Assembly: GCA_963662795.1 (NCBI GenBank)
Contig: OY759746.1
Location: 1-64,000, forward strand
Length of the DNA: 64,000 nucleotides
Direction of reading: 5' to 3'
Source: Spirochaetia bacterium
GTDB taxonomy: Bacteria; Spirochaetota; Spirochaetia; CADAEX01
Below the pieces are notes generated by a model. That model was not told the origin of the DNA, did no database searches, and saw nothing but the letters and a program-made list of their open reading frames with translations. The position numbers were made by a program, and so were the translations under genes. Position 1 is the stretch's first letter, and the number at the start of each line of letters is the position of its first letter. This document shows, one piece after another, positions 49,148-59,560 of this stretch.

Positions 49148-49188
49148 AATCGCGAAAATATTCATTAAGAAAAAATGAGGATAAAATA

Positions 49189-52100
49189 ATGGCAGAAAAA
49201 AAAATGGTTACTATCGACGGTAATGCAGCTGCGGCACATGTTGCGTATGCATTTAGCGAAGTAGCGGCAATCTATCCGATTACTCCCTCTTCCACAATGG
49301 GCGAATACGCGGATTCATGGTCATCTATAGGCAGAAAAAATGTATTCGGAAAAACTGTAGATGTTATCGAAATGCAGTCAGAGGCCGGCGCAGCCGGTGC
49401 AGTTCATGGAGCACTGTCAGGCGGAGCCCTGACCACGACCTTTACTGCATCACAGGGACTTCTTTTAATGATCCCGAATATGCATAAAATTGCCGGAGAA
49501 ATGCTCCCGACAGTTTTTCATGTATCTGCAAGATCTCTTGCAGCCCAGTCCCTTTCAATCTTTGGAGATCATTCCGATGTTATGTCTGTTAGAAACACCG
49601 GTTTTGCCCTTATGGCAGCATCTTCAATCCAGGAAACAATGGATCTTGGCGTAGTTTCACATCTTTCAACTTTAAAAGGTCAGATCCCGTTTCTGAATTT
49701 CTTCGACGGGTTCAGGACTTCACATGAAATCCAGAAAGTAGAAGAATTTTCATATGATGCAATAAAGGGCCTTGTTGAACCTGAATATATCGAAAAATTC
49801 AGGGCAAGAGGACTTAAACCTGAGAATCCGGTCCTTAAAGTTGGAGCACAGAACCCTGATGTCTACTTCCAGGGAAGAGAAACAGTTAACAAATATTATG
49901 ACGCGCTTCCTGAAATTGTTCAGAGCTATATGGACAAGGTCGCAAAGGTTACCGGCAGGGCTTATCACCTCTTTGATTATGTAGGGGCCAAAGATGCCGA
50001 GAAAGTTATTATTGCAATGGGTTCAGCATGCGACACAATTGAACTTACAGTAAAACATCTCATGGCAAAGGGAGAAAAGGTCGGACTTCTTAAAATAAGA
50101 CTTTTCAGGCCTTTCTCAGTTAAAGCATTCCTTGATGCAATCCCTGCTTCGTGCAAAAAGATTGCAGTTCTTGACAGGACAAAGGAACCGGGTGCGATCG
50201 GAGAACCTCTATTTACAGATGTTTCAACAGCCCTTTACGGAAAAGACATAAAAGTAATCGGCGGCAGATATGGACTTTCAAGCAAAGAATTCACACCTTC
50301 AATGGTTAAGGCTGTTTTTGATCATATTGACGGCAAGGCATTCCATAACTTCACAGTCGGTATCAATGATGATGTTACAAACCGCTCAATTCCTGTAACA
50401 GAAAACATCGATGTATCTCCCAAAGATGTAATCAACTGCATTTTCTGGGGACTGGGTTCAGACGGAACAGTCGGCGCAAATAAAAACTCAATCAAGATTA
50501 TCGGTGAAAATACTGATATGACTGCCCAGGCTTACTTTGTATATGACTCAAAAAAATCAGGCGGTATTACTACCTCTCACCTCAGATTCGGCAAGAGCTC
50601 GGTTAATATGCCTTTCCTTATTGATAACGCCAACTTTGTGGCATGCCACAATCCCGCATATATCGGAAGATACGACATGCTCGGCGCAATAAAAGCGGGC
50701 GGGACATTCCTTCTGAATTCTGAATATGACAGCTCTGTTGTTTTCAATCATCTTTCAAGACAGGACCAGGAGCAGCTGATCAATAAAAAAGTTAAATTCT
50801 TCAATATCAATGCATTAAAGATTGCTGAAGAGTCAGGCCTCGGAGGAGGAAGGATCAATACAGTCATGCAGGCTGCATTTTTCAAAATCTCCGGAATTCT
50901 TCCCGAAGATGAAGCAATAAAGCTTATCAAGAATTCAATCAAGAAATCATTCAGCAAAAAAGGCGAAGATATTGTAAAAATGAACTGGGACTGCGTTGAC
51001 AAGACATCCGAAGCGCTCAAGGAAGTAAAGGTGCCCTCTTCAATTACAGAATCCTACACTCCTCCAAAACTTATCAGGGATGATGCTTCAGTTTTCGCAA
51101 AAAATATTATTGAGCCGATCATGTACCTGAAAGGCGATGGGATACCGGTTTCAAAAATGTCATTTGACGGAATAATCCCGACAGCGACTACAAAACTTGA
51201 AAAAAGGGGAATTGCTCCAAGAGTACCGAAATGGCTCATGGAAAACTGTATTCAGTGTAACCAGTGCGTTATGGCATGTCCTCACGCAGTTATAAGGGCA
51301 AAACAGATTGCTCCCGAAGATATTAAAAACAAACCTGCCGGTTTCGAAACAATGGCATCAAATACCAAAAATGAAAAAAGTCTTGAATACAGGATTCAGG
51401 TATATATTGAAGACTGTACAGGATGCGGTGTCTGCGTCGATGTCTGCCCGGGTAAAAAACAGATGAAAGCTCTTGAGTTCAGCACTCTTGAAAAAGAAAG
51501 AGAAGCAGGAATGACAGAATGCGCAAATTTCTTCGACAAACTCCCCAACAATGTTATGGACGGTACTTCAGAATCCAATGTCAAGGGAATCGGTTTCAAA
51601 CAGCCTCTGTTTGAATTCTCAGGCGCATGCGCAGGATGCGGTGAAACACCTTATGTAAAAATGGCTACACAGCTTTTCGGCGAAAACATGATTATCGCCA
51701 ATGCTACAGGCTGTTCATCAATATACGGCGGTACTTTCCCGACAATCCCGTACTGTAAAGCTGACAACGGCAGAGGACCTTCATGGGCAAACTCTCTCTT
51801 CGAGGATAACGCGGAATACGGGTTTGGAATGAGGCTTGCGGTTGACAATAACAGAAGCCTTCTCAAAATAAAGGTTGAAAACCTGCTTAAAGCAGGGACA
51901 ACACAGGAACTGAAAGCCGCTCTTGAAAGCGCTCTTGCAAACTGGGACAAAAAAGACGCTGAAGCGCTGGCAATTCAGAATAAGATCACTTCCCTTCTTG
52001 ACCCTGCCTACAAAGCCGCAAGCGGAGAGGCTAAAGAAGACCTCAGGAAAATTATTGAATTAAAAGATTACTTTGTAGACAAGAGCGTCTGGATATTCGG

Positions 52101-52719
52101 CGGCGACGGATGGGCTTATGACATCGGATACGGCGGTCTCGACCATGTTGTAGCTTCAGGTAAAAACGTAAATATCCTTGTTCTTGATACTGAAGTTTAT
52201 TCAAATACAGGCGGACAGGCTTCCAAATCAACACCGATCGGTGCTGTCGCAAACTTCGCTAACGCGGGCATGAGGCTTGCAAAAAAGAACCTTGGATTTA
52301 TGTGTATGAGCTACGGGTATGTATATGTCGCGTCTGTTTCCATGGGAGCCAACAGGTCCCAGGTAATAAAAGCCTTCGCAGAAGCTGAAGCGTATAACGG
52401 TCCGTCAATAATTATTGCATACGCTCCATGTATAGCGCACGGTATTGACATGTCAAAAACACAAACCGAGGAAAAACGGGCTGTTGATTGCGGCTACTGG
52501 CCTCTTTACAGATATAATCCTTCACTCGAACCGGGAAGCAGGTTTATCTGGGAAACAAAGGAACCAAAAGAAAGCTTCCAGGACTTTATCAGAAGCGAGA
52601 GAAGATATACATCTCTCTTTAAAACAGCTCCGGAAGACGCGGAAAAATTATTCGCTGAAGCTGAAGCTGACGCAAAAAGAAGAATGGGATTCTACAAGAA
52701 TCTCGGCGGACTTCTTTAA
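49189..52719 (+). CDS. nifJ: Pyruvate:ferredoxin (flavodoxin) oxidoreductase
   Basis: YPITPS, two CxxCxxCxxxCP ferredoxin motifs, GACAGCGE and GGDGWAYDIG. Confidence 0.98.
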   Translation: MAEKKMVTIDGNAAAAHVAYAFSEVAAIYPITPSSTMGEYADSWSSIGRKNVFGKTVDVIEMQSEAGAAGAVHGALSGGALTTTFTASQGLLLMIPNMHKIAGEMLPTVFHVSARSLAAQSLSIFGDHSDVMSVRNTGFALMAASSIQETMDLGVVSHLSTLKGQIPFLNFFDGFRTSHEIQKVEEFSYDAIKGLVEPEYIEKFRARGLKPENPVLKVGAQNPDVYFQGRETVNKYYDALPEIVQSYMDKVAKVTGRAYHLFDYVGAKDAEKVIIAMGSACDTIELTVKHLMAKGEKVGLLKIRLFRPFSVKAFLDAIPASCKKIAVLDRTKEPGAIGEPLFTDVSTALYGKDIKVIGGRYGLSSKEFTPSMVKAVFDHIDGKAFHNFTVGINDDVTNRSIPVTENIDVSPKDVINCIFWGLGSDGTVGANKNSIKIIGENTDMTAQAYFVYDSKKSGGITTSHLRFGKSSVNMPFLIDNANFVACHNPAYIGRYDMLGAIKAGGTFLLNSEYDSSVVFNHLSRQDQEQLINKKVKFFNINALKIAEESGLGGGRINTVMQAAFFKISGILPEDEAIKLIKNSIKKSFSKKGEDIVKMNWDCVDKTSEALKEVKVPSSITESYTPPKLIRDDASVFAKNIIEPIMYLKGDGIPVSKMSFDGIIPTATTKLEKRGIAPRVPKWLMENCIQCNQCVMACPHAVIRAKQIAPEDIKNKPAGFETMASNTKNEKSLEYRIQVYIEDCTGCGVCVDVCPGKKQMKALEFSTLEKEREAGMTECANFFDKLPNNVMDGTSESNVKGIGFKQPLFEFSGACAGCGETPYVKMATQLFGENMIIANATGCSSIYGGTFPTIPYCKADNGRGPSWANSLFEDNAEYGFGMRLAVDNNRSLLKIKVENLLKAGTTQELKAALESALANWDKKDAEALAIQNKITSLLDPAYKAASGEAKEDLRKIIELKDYFVDKSVWIFGGDGWAYDIGYGGLDHVVASGKNVNILVLDTEVYSNTGGQASKSTPIGAVANFANAGMRLAKKNLGFMCMSYGYVYVASVSMGANRSQVIKAFAEAEAYNGPSIIIAYAPCIAHGIDMSKTQTEEKRAVDCGYWPLYRYNPSLEPGSRFIWETKEPKESFQDFIRSERRYTSLFKTAPEDAEKLFAEAEADAKRRMGFYKNLGGLL

Positions 52720-52747
52720 GCCGGCCGGAAGTTAATAGAATTAACAG

Positions 52748-52780
52748 AGACTGTCCTGATCTTCAGGGCAGTCTTTTTTT
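52748..52780 (+). terminator. Intrinsic terminator
   Basis: AGACTGTCCTGA/TCAGGGCAGTCT stem followed by a T-run. Confidence 0.88.
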
Positions 52781-52861
52781 CATTCTGATAGTTAACGGCA
52801 GCATAATCAGCCATATTTCAGATTCTTAAAAAGCAATAGGTTATTTATTTTCACATATACT

Positions 52862-53001
52862 ATTTTTCATCATGAGACCCTGATCATTCAGATGAGGAAA
52901 TAAAAAGAATTGAATCTGAATCCAGGGAGATTATTGCTAAAAATAATGCGGGCGTCAGGTATTTCGCCTGCCGGGAAGGCCAGGAAATAACACTTCCGTA
53001 A
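52862..53001 (+). pseudogene. C-terminal remnant of an MBL-fold metallo-hydrolase
   Basis: IFHH/(GA duplication)/DPDHSDEEIKRIE...YFACREGQEITLP*. Confidence 0.65.
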
Positions 53002-53019
53002 AAAGATCGGGTATCTGGA

Positions 53020-55800
53020 TTAAATATTACCGGAAGTATTGTTATCAAATACTTTCCGGATTATTTCAGCTAATTTATCTTTTCCAACCGGTTTATATAA
53101 AACATAATTTATTCCTGTTTTTTCAATCATTTCATCCGAAATCAGACTGCTGTAGCCTGTGCATAGAATAATGGGTATATCAGGTCTTATTTTATGGATT
53201 TCAGACGACAGGATATCTCCTGAAAGGCCGGGCATTGTCGTATCTGTTATTACAAGATCAAAGCTGACGGGTGAATCTTTAAATATTTCAAGAGCCTCGA
53301 TACTGCTTGCTGATGAAGTTACCAGATAACCAAGCGATGATAAAATTTTATCCGACATTTTTACAATAGATAATTCATCATCAACAAACAGAATCCGTTC
53401 CCCTTTTCCGGCAGGAATATTATCGTACGCAATGTGATCGTTATTCTGCGTATCGCCGGATACAGGCAGGTATATGGTAAAAAGTGTTCCGTTACCCGGC
53501 TCACTATCAACAGTTATAACACCTCCAATGCTTTCAACTATTCCATGAACTACGGCCAGCCCCAAGCCTGTTCCAGTTGTGGATGTTTTCGTCGTAAAGT
53601 AGGGATCAAAAATAAAATCGCTTATCTCCGGGTCAATACCTTTACCTGTATCGTAAATTGCAATTTCAATGTATTTTCCTGAATCAAGGCTTTTCTTTTT
53701 AAATCCGGTGATCTGATCGAAATAAACGTCCTTTATTCCGACTTTTATGGTGCCGGTATTTTCTCCGATTGCCTGAAATGAATTTGTGCATAAATTCATG
53801 AAAATCTGATGGATTCTTGCAGGATTTCCCATAACGTGCGAATCACTGTCAATATTCTGCTGAATCTCTATAGTCGACGGAATAGTTGCACGTATCAGCT
53901 TCAGCACTTCCCCTGCAATTTTATCTACCCTGACAGGAACAATCTCATCCCCGGCCCGTCGGGCGAAAGTCAGTATCTGGCTTACAACTTCTTTTGCCCT
54001 GTTTCCTGCGGTCAGGACCTCCTTCAGATAATTTTCCAGATTTGACCCTTTGCCAGCCTCTTCAAGTGCAAGTTCTGTAAATCCTATTATTGATGTTAGT
54101 ATATTGTTGAAATCATGGGCTATACCGCCGGCAAGGATACCTATGGATTCAAGTTTTTGAGAATGCATAAGCTGTTTTTCCAGACTTCTTTTTGCCTCTT
54201 CATCTTTCCTTTGGCGGGTTATATCCTGTACAACACCTGCAATCTTTAAAGGTCTGCCTGAGTCATCTTTTACAATTTCGGCTATTGATTTGACAATCCT
54301 GCTGTCAGATCCTTCACAGGGGTGAATTTCAAATTCAATATCGTACGGTTTATTGTACTTTATCAAATCAATAAGTGCCTGATGAACCCTTTCCCTTTCA
54401 ATTATGCAGTTTTCAACTTCATCAACAGTAAATTTATCGCTATCCTTATTAAATCCGTATATTCTCCGTGCTTCATCTGAACCCCAGAATTTTTCATTTT
54501 GAATATCGTATTCCCAGTTGCCCACATGCCCCAAACTCTGTGCCTGAGTATACCGCTGTTCACTTTCCTTAAGAAATATCTCAGTTTTTTTCCTGTCAGT
54601 TATATCCCTCGCAATTCCCAGTATTCCAGTTATCATGCCTTCAGCATCCAGCATGGGTGTCTTGATTGTTTCAAATAACCCGTAGTAACCGTTTCCCTTA
54701 AAGGTAAGCCATTCCTCATTGACGCTGGAGACGCCTGCTTCCGCTGCCCTGCGGTCGTTATTCCTGAAAAAATCTGATGTCTCTTTGTCCATGAAATCAT
54801 AATCTGTTTTTCCGATAATTTCTGACTCTTTGGCACCGAAAAACCTTTCAAAAGCAAGGTTGCAGCTTAAATAAACACCGTTTATATCCTTAAGCCAGAT
54901 CAGGTCAGGTATTGTATTTATTAGAGTCCTGTGCCTGATATCCGACTGAATAAGGGCAGCCTCGCCGGATATCCTGCCTGTTACATTTCTGAAATATCCG
55001 ATCAGACCGTCTACGCCTCCGGCGGAATTTTTTACCGGGATGAAAGATCCTTCAAAGTATTCTATACCGCCTGAGGAAGAGACCAGGGGAACTTTTATAA
55101 ACTCGCTTTTTCCTGTTTCAATAACCTTTTTTTTAAGTGTGGTCAGGGTTTCGGCATCTTCCCTTTTCAGAAAATCGAAATCTGTTCTGCCTATCATGTC
55201 TTCTTGAGTAAGCCCCAGCTGCGGATTGATGACCCAAAGGTAGCGCAGGTCCCTGTCATTATAAATTACATGGTCAGGTGTATTAGTCGCAAGTATTCTG
55301 AATTTTTCCTCGCTTTTACGAAGCTCCTCTTCTGCAATCTTCTGCTCAGTTACATCATTATATATTGTTACTACATCACCGGAAGAAATACGGAATATAA
55401 AATTTTCATAATAATTGCTGAAATTTTCATCAATGTATATTTTAACGGGAAAATAACCCGGAGTTCCTGTTTCCCAAACTTTTCTCATTGCAGATATAAG
55501 ACCGTATTCATCAATATTAGGCCTCAAATCAGAAAGACTTTTCCCCACAACTTCTGATAATGTTTTATTTTCTATTTTCAGGCTCATTTTATTGAAATTC
55601 CGGATTATATAATCCGATCCTTTACTGCCGTCATTTATTACTTTATAGATTGAACATCCGCTGGGCATGTTATCAAACAGGCCCCGGAAAAGAGCTTCAC
55701 TTTCAAGCAGTTCAATATTTGAAAGTCTGTGCTTATCAAGTTCAGATTCCGGATTTTTTATTTTATTATCATAATCCTGCAGGTTTTTTTTTCCGTCCAT
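53020..55800 (-). CDS. Cytoplasmic multi-PAS hybrid histidine kinase
   Basis: About four PAS/PAC domains, GIAHDFNN, GTGLGL and a C-terminal receiver (VDDE, LVITD, KP). Confidence 0.95.
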   Translation of the reverse strand: MDGKKNLQDYDNKIKNPESELDKHRLSNIELLESEALFRGLFDNMPSGCSIYKVINDGSKGSDYIIRNFNKMSLKIENKTLSEVVGKSLSDLRPNIDEYGLISAMRKVWETGTPGYFPVKIYIDENFSNYYENFIFRISSGDVVTIYNDVTEQKIAEEELRKSEEKFRILATNTPDHVIYNDRDLRYLWVINPQLGLTQEDMIGRTDFDFLKREDAETLTTLKKKVIETGKSEFIKVPLVSSSGGIEYFEGSFIPVKNSAGGVDGLIGYFRNVTGRISGEAALIQSDIRHRTLINTIPDLIWLKDINGVYLSCNLAFERFFGAKESEIIGKTDYDFMDKETSDFFRNNDRRAAEAGVSSVNEEWLTFKGNGYYGLFETIKTPMLDAEGMITGILGIARDITDRKKTEIFLKESEQRYTQAQSLGHVGNWEYDIQNEKFWGSDEARRIYGFNKDSDKFTVDEVENCIIERERVHQALIDLIKYNKPYDIEFEIHPCEGSDSRIVKSIAEIVKDDSGRPLKIAGVVQDITRQRKDEEAKRSLEKQLMHSQKLESIGILAGGIAHDFNNILTSIIGFTELALEEAGKGSNLENYLKEVLTAGNRAKEVVSQILTFARRAGDEIVPVRVDKIAGEVLKLIRATIPSTIEIQQNIDSDSHVMGNPARIHQIFMNLCTNSFQAIGENTGTIKVGIKDVYFDQITGFKKKSLDSGKYIEIAIYDTGKGIDPEISDFIFDPYFTTKTSTTGTGLGLAVVHGIVESIGGVITVDSEPGNGTLFTIYLPVSGDTQNNDHIAYDNIPAGKGERILFVDDELSIVKMSDKILSSLGYLVTSSASSIEALEIFKDSPVSFDLVITDTTMPGLSGDILSSEIHKIRPDIPIILCTGYSSLISDEMIEKTGINYVLYKPVGKDKLAEIIRKVFDNNTSGNI

Positions 55801-55894
55801 AAATGTATATGATACTCCGGTATTAAAGGATAATAAGAATTTTTTAATATACTTGAATTATAATACACAATTCCCGGTGAAACCAGCCTCTGCT

Positions 55895-57574
55895 TTATTC
55901 AGTAATTGTTATCTGACTGTATTCTTTTTTAAACAAAACGGTGGAATTTAATACGGGGACAAAAAACGCCAATTCACCAAGATCACGAATACCATTATGA
56001 AGATTTCTTTCAAGTTCTGAAGGAGAGTAAAGAAACCAGCCTTCAGCTGAATCTGCATCCGACTCCTCCATCAGCGCATAAAGCCCGAAATACTGGATAA
56101 TATCTTTCATAATACCAGTTAAGGGCTGGATATTTTCTTTTTCAAACAGATACCCTATGTAATCCTGCTGCAGGCGTATTATGTTTTCGATAGTAAGGTC
56201 ACAACAGTCTTGTATTTCTCCTGAAAATGGTTCAGATCCTTTGGTACTCAGACGGCTGCGCCCGGTTTCAGATATCCAGATCGCAAGTTCTGCAAAAAAA
56301 AGTGACGGATTTAATCCGGTATTTTCAAGCAGTAAAGAGAGCCAGGGAACAGCACACCCCTTATTATAGAATAGATCAAACGCTGAAGCTGTTTTTTCAG
56401 CCTGACGCAAATCAGATTCAGGAAAAGCAGGAGAAGAGAGGACAAGATACGGATCTTTTTTCTGATATTCCAGCCCCAATGCGTCAGCAGTCTCAAAAAG
56501 CCTCGTGCCGGGAAGCACGGCAAGAGGGAAAATATCAATATGGTTGGGCACCATTCCAAGAGCGAAATCGAGACTTTCAAGAAACCCTGAAAGAGTATCT
56601 CCCGGAAGCCCGTAGATAAGATCAAATCCGTAGGTGACACCTGCTTCGTGAAGATAAAGCACTTTTTTTTCAAAATCTTTTTTATTTATTGTACGGTTAA
56701 TGTTTGCAAGAACAGCCTTATGGGCGCTCTGCATTCCTATCTGAAGGGAGCATTTTAAACATGAGAAAAGCTCTGCCATTTCCCTGTCAAGGTATTCACT
56801 TCTTACCTCTATATTGTAATGAATCTCAGGGGCAGTATTCTGCATCATTACCAGCAGATCTTTGGCCCGTCTTTTATTGTGGTTGAATGTAGGATCAAGT
56901 ATGAAAATCTCTTTTACCCCTGAAGATGCAAACAACTCAAGTTCCCGCTGTATTTTTTCACGGGGAAACATCCTTACCGTATTATAACCGCGCGATTCAA
57001 AACAGAAATCACACTTGAACGGGCAGCCCCTCGACAATTCCCACAGCAATCCCGGATAGAGGCGCACATCAAGGGTACCGTCGAGATACGGGGAAGGGAG
57101 TTCATCAGGGCTGACCGGCAGAAGGGCCCGGTTATCGCCGGGTAAAGCACCTCCGGCAAGTATCCTGACTGCCTCTACTGAAATATTTTCACCTTCTCCT
57201 CCCAGGATAAAATCAAAATTACCGCATCCGTCGGTTTTAAAATCAGACGAAGAAGCGGTAGGTTCAGGTCCTCCGGCAAATACAACAAGTTCTGACTTTA
57301 TTTTTTTAAGGGCCCGGGCAATAAGCAGTATCTGCATCCGGTTCCAGAGATAAACAGAGAATCCTACACAGTCCGGATCAGTTTTTAAAATCATATCGAC
57401 AGATTCATCCACAGTCTGATCAAGATAAAGGTCTATAAGGAAAGGCTGTGCGATATCAGGAATTGCAGTCTTAACAGAGGAGGCGATCATTGCAGCTCCG
57501 AGAGGAACAGCACGGGATGATTTTTGAATATGTATTGAAACTAAAGCTATTTTAAGCGGGGCGGCGTTCTGCAT
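55895..57574 (-). CDS. B12-binding-domain radical SAM protein
   Basis: N-terminal GFSVYLWN/GGPE cobalamin-binding domain and RGCPFKCDFC. Confidence 0.92.
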   Translation of the reverse strand: MQNAAPLKIALVSIHIQKSSRAVPLGAAMIASSVKTAIPDIAQPFLIDLYLDQTVDESVDMILKTDPDCVGFSVYLWNRMQILLIARALKKIKSELVVFAGGPEPTASSSDFKTDGCGNFDFILGGEGENISVEAVRILAGGALPGDNRALLPVSPDELPSPYLDGTLDVRLYPGLLWELSRGCPFKCDFCFESRGYNTVRMFPREKIQRELELFASSGVKEIFILDPTFNHNKRRAKDLLVMMQNTAPEIHYNIEVRSEYLDREMAELFSCLKCSLQIGMQSAHKAVLANINRTINKKDFEKKVLYLHEAGVTYGFDLIYGLPGDTLSGFLESLDFALGMVPNHIDIFPLAVLPGTRLFETADALGLEYQKKDPYLVLSSPAFPESDLRQAEKTASAFDLFYNKGCAVPWLSLLLENTGLNPSLFFAELAIWISETGRSRLSTKGSEPFSGEIQDCCDLTIENIIRLQQDYIGYLFEKENIQPLTGIMKDIIQYFGLYALMEESDADSAEGWFLYSPSELERNLHNGIRDLGELAFFVPVLNSTVLFKKEYSQITITE

Positions 57575-57577
57575 GAA

Positions 57578-57829
57578 TTATTCTTTTCCCTTTTCACGTT
57601 CCTCTTCCTGCTCCTGCAGCATGCCGAGATAGAGATTTTCAACTTTATCCCTTGCCCATGGGGTACGCCTCAGGAATTTGAGACTTGATTTAACGGAAGG
57701 ATCACAATTAAAACAATTAATATCAATAATTATTCCAAGTTCTTCCCATCCGAAATAATCAACCAGGCTTTTTACCATCATCTCAAGGGTTACTCCGTGA
57801 AGAGGATTATCCGGCTGCTGAATACTCAT
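57578..57829 (-). CDS. VF530/DUF2132 DNA-binding protein
   Basis: NPLHGVTLE...[17 protein letters not shown]. Confidence 0.93.
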   Translation of the reverse strand: MSIQQPDNPLHGVTLEMMVKSLVDYFGWEELGIIIDINCFNCDPSVKSSLKFLRRTPWARDKVENLYLGMLQEQEEEREKGKE

Positions 57830-58007
57830 AATTTAATCTGCCTATGATTTATATTTTGATACATTCTATTATTTACCTGAATATTTTAAAAGCTAAAGTT
57901 AAAGATCCAATCCAAAAAAAATTAAATTATCAAAGATATATAAAAGCTTTCTGACAGTTCAGTTTAAAGATTGACTCTTTCATATCACGTCTACATAATA
58001 GAAATTA

Positions 58008-58580
58008 ATGAACATACTAGGTGAACCTTTTTTCTCGTGGGTAATTCTTCCAATCCTGATTTTTTTTGCGAGAATTGCAGATGTTACAATCGGAACCATG
58101 AGAATTGTTTTGGTTTCCCGCGGTCATAAATATATTGCACCGCTGCTCGGTTTCTGCGAGGTGATGATCTGGCTTGTCGCTCTTACGAAAATAATGAAAA
58201 ACCTGGGAAATCCTTTAACTTACGTCGCCTACGGCGCAGGTTTTGCCATGGGAACCTATATAGGGATAACCCTTGAAGAGCGCCTTGCCATGGGAATGTG
58301 CGTTGTAAGGATCATTACAGGAAAAGAGGCCCATGATCTTGTAAAAAAACTGCGCAATGAAGGGTATGGGGTAACAGTAATCGATGCAGAAGGAAATTCC
58401 GGAGAAGTTTCGGTTTTTTACAGTGTAATAAGACGCGCATGTCTTCCAGGTTTTGTTAAAATTATTAAAGACTACAATCCGAAGGCATTCTACACGATCG
58501 AGGATGTCCGGTTTGTCAATGAAGGTTATTATCCCCTTGATAACCGCATCCAGCGCAGGCCTTTCCGGAAAGAAAAATAA
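58008..58580 (+). CDS. DUF2179/DUF5698 (UPF0316) membrane protein
   Basis: ARIADVTIGTMR, GFAMGTYIG and GYGVT. Confidence 0.9.
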   Translation: MNILGEPFFSWVILPILIFFARIADVTIGTMRIVLVSRGHKYIAPLLGFCEVMIWLVALTKIMKNLGNPLTYVAYGAGFAMGTYIGITLEERLAMGMCVVRIITGKEAHDLVKKLRNEGYGVTVIDAEGNSGEVSVFYSVIRRACLPGFVKIIKDYNPKAFYTIEDVRFVNEGYYPLDNRIQRRPFRKEK

Positions 58581-58732
58581 CCCCGGTTAACCGGTATAAA
58601 CCCAGGAGCAGGAAACAGGATTCATGTATTCTTCATTTATAATATTTAACACAACATTGATTAAAAATTAATAATTTATATTTATGTTATTTACATGATA
58701 AAATACAGTAAAGTAATAAAAACAGGTGCAAT

Positions 58733-59506
58733 ATGGAAGGAATAAGGAACAAGAAGGCTTTCATCTGCGATATGGATGGGGTGATTTACCATGGCAACCA
58801 GATACTCCCGGGAGTTCATGAATTTGTCAAATGGCTTCAGAAAGAAGATAAAAAATTTCTTTTTCTGACCAACAGCAGTTCAAAAACACCCCGTGAACTC
58901 AGGGAAAAAATGCTCAGGATGGGTCTTGATATCAGAGAGGAACATTTTTACACAAGCGCACTTGCGACTGCAGCGTTTTTGAAAACCCAGAAAGAAAACG
59001 GCAGCGCCTATGTAATTGGAGATGCCGGTATATTGAATGCTTTATATAACGAAGGCTTTTCTGTTAATGATTCAAATCCCGACTATGTTGTTGTAAGTGA
59101 GACAGACAACTATAATTTCTCAAACTTAAGAAAAGCGGCAAAACTGGTGGCGGAAGGCGCCAAGCTTATCGGGACAAACCCGGACCTGTCCGACCCTTCC
59201 GAGAAAGGTATAATTCCCGCGACAGGTTCACTGATAGCGCCGATTGAACTTACAACCGGATGCAAGGCCTATTTTATAGGCAAGCCCAATCCACTGATGA
59301 TGAGAACAGCTTTAAAAATTTTAAACGCACAGAGGGAAGATACAATCATTGTCGGGGACAGAATGGAAACAGACATAATAGCAGGAATTGAATCTGAAAT
59401 AACCACAGTACTTGTCTTAAGCGGGGTTACAACAAGAGAAAATATGCTAAAATTCGCTTATAGTCCGAACTATATATTAAACGGAGTCGGCGATATCCCC
59501 GGGTAA
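58733..59506 (+). CDS. nagD: HAD-IIA hydrolase, NagD-like
   Basis: DMDGVIY, LTN, GKPNP and GDRMETDI. Confidence 0.9.
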   Translation: MEGIRNKKAFICDMDGVIYHGNQILPGVHEFVKWLQKEDKKFLFLTNSSSKTPRELREKMLRMGLDIREEHFYTSALATAAFLKTQKENGSAYVIGDAGILNALYNEGFSVNDSNPDYVVVSETDNYNFSNLRKAAKLVAEGAKLIGTNPDLSDPSEKGIIPATGSLIAPIELTTGCKAYFIGKPNPLMMRTALKILNAQREDTIIVGDRMETDIIAGIESEITTVLVLSGVTTRENMLKFAYSPNYILNGVGDIPG

Positions 59507-59560
59507 AGTTCATTTGCTGTCAGATTCTGTTCCGGATACAATAATAATGAGGATAAAACC

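Noticed and set aside
2900-58600. Recurrent TATACCGG/CCGGTATA in intergenic regions
   Set aside because: Explained by -10 boxes next to CCGG, which is common throughout the window. Enrichment cannot be shown without counting.
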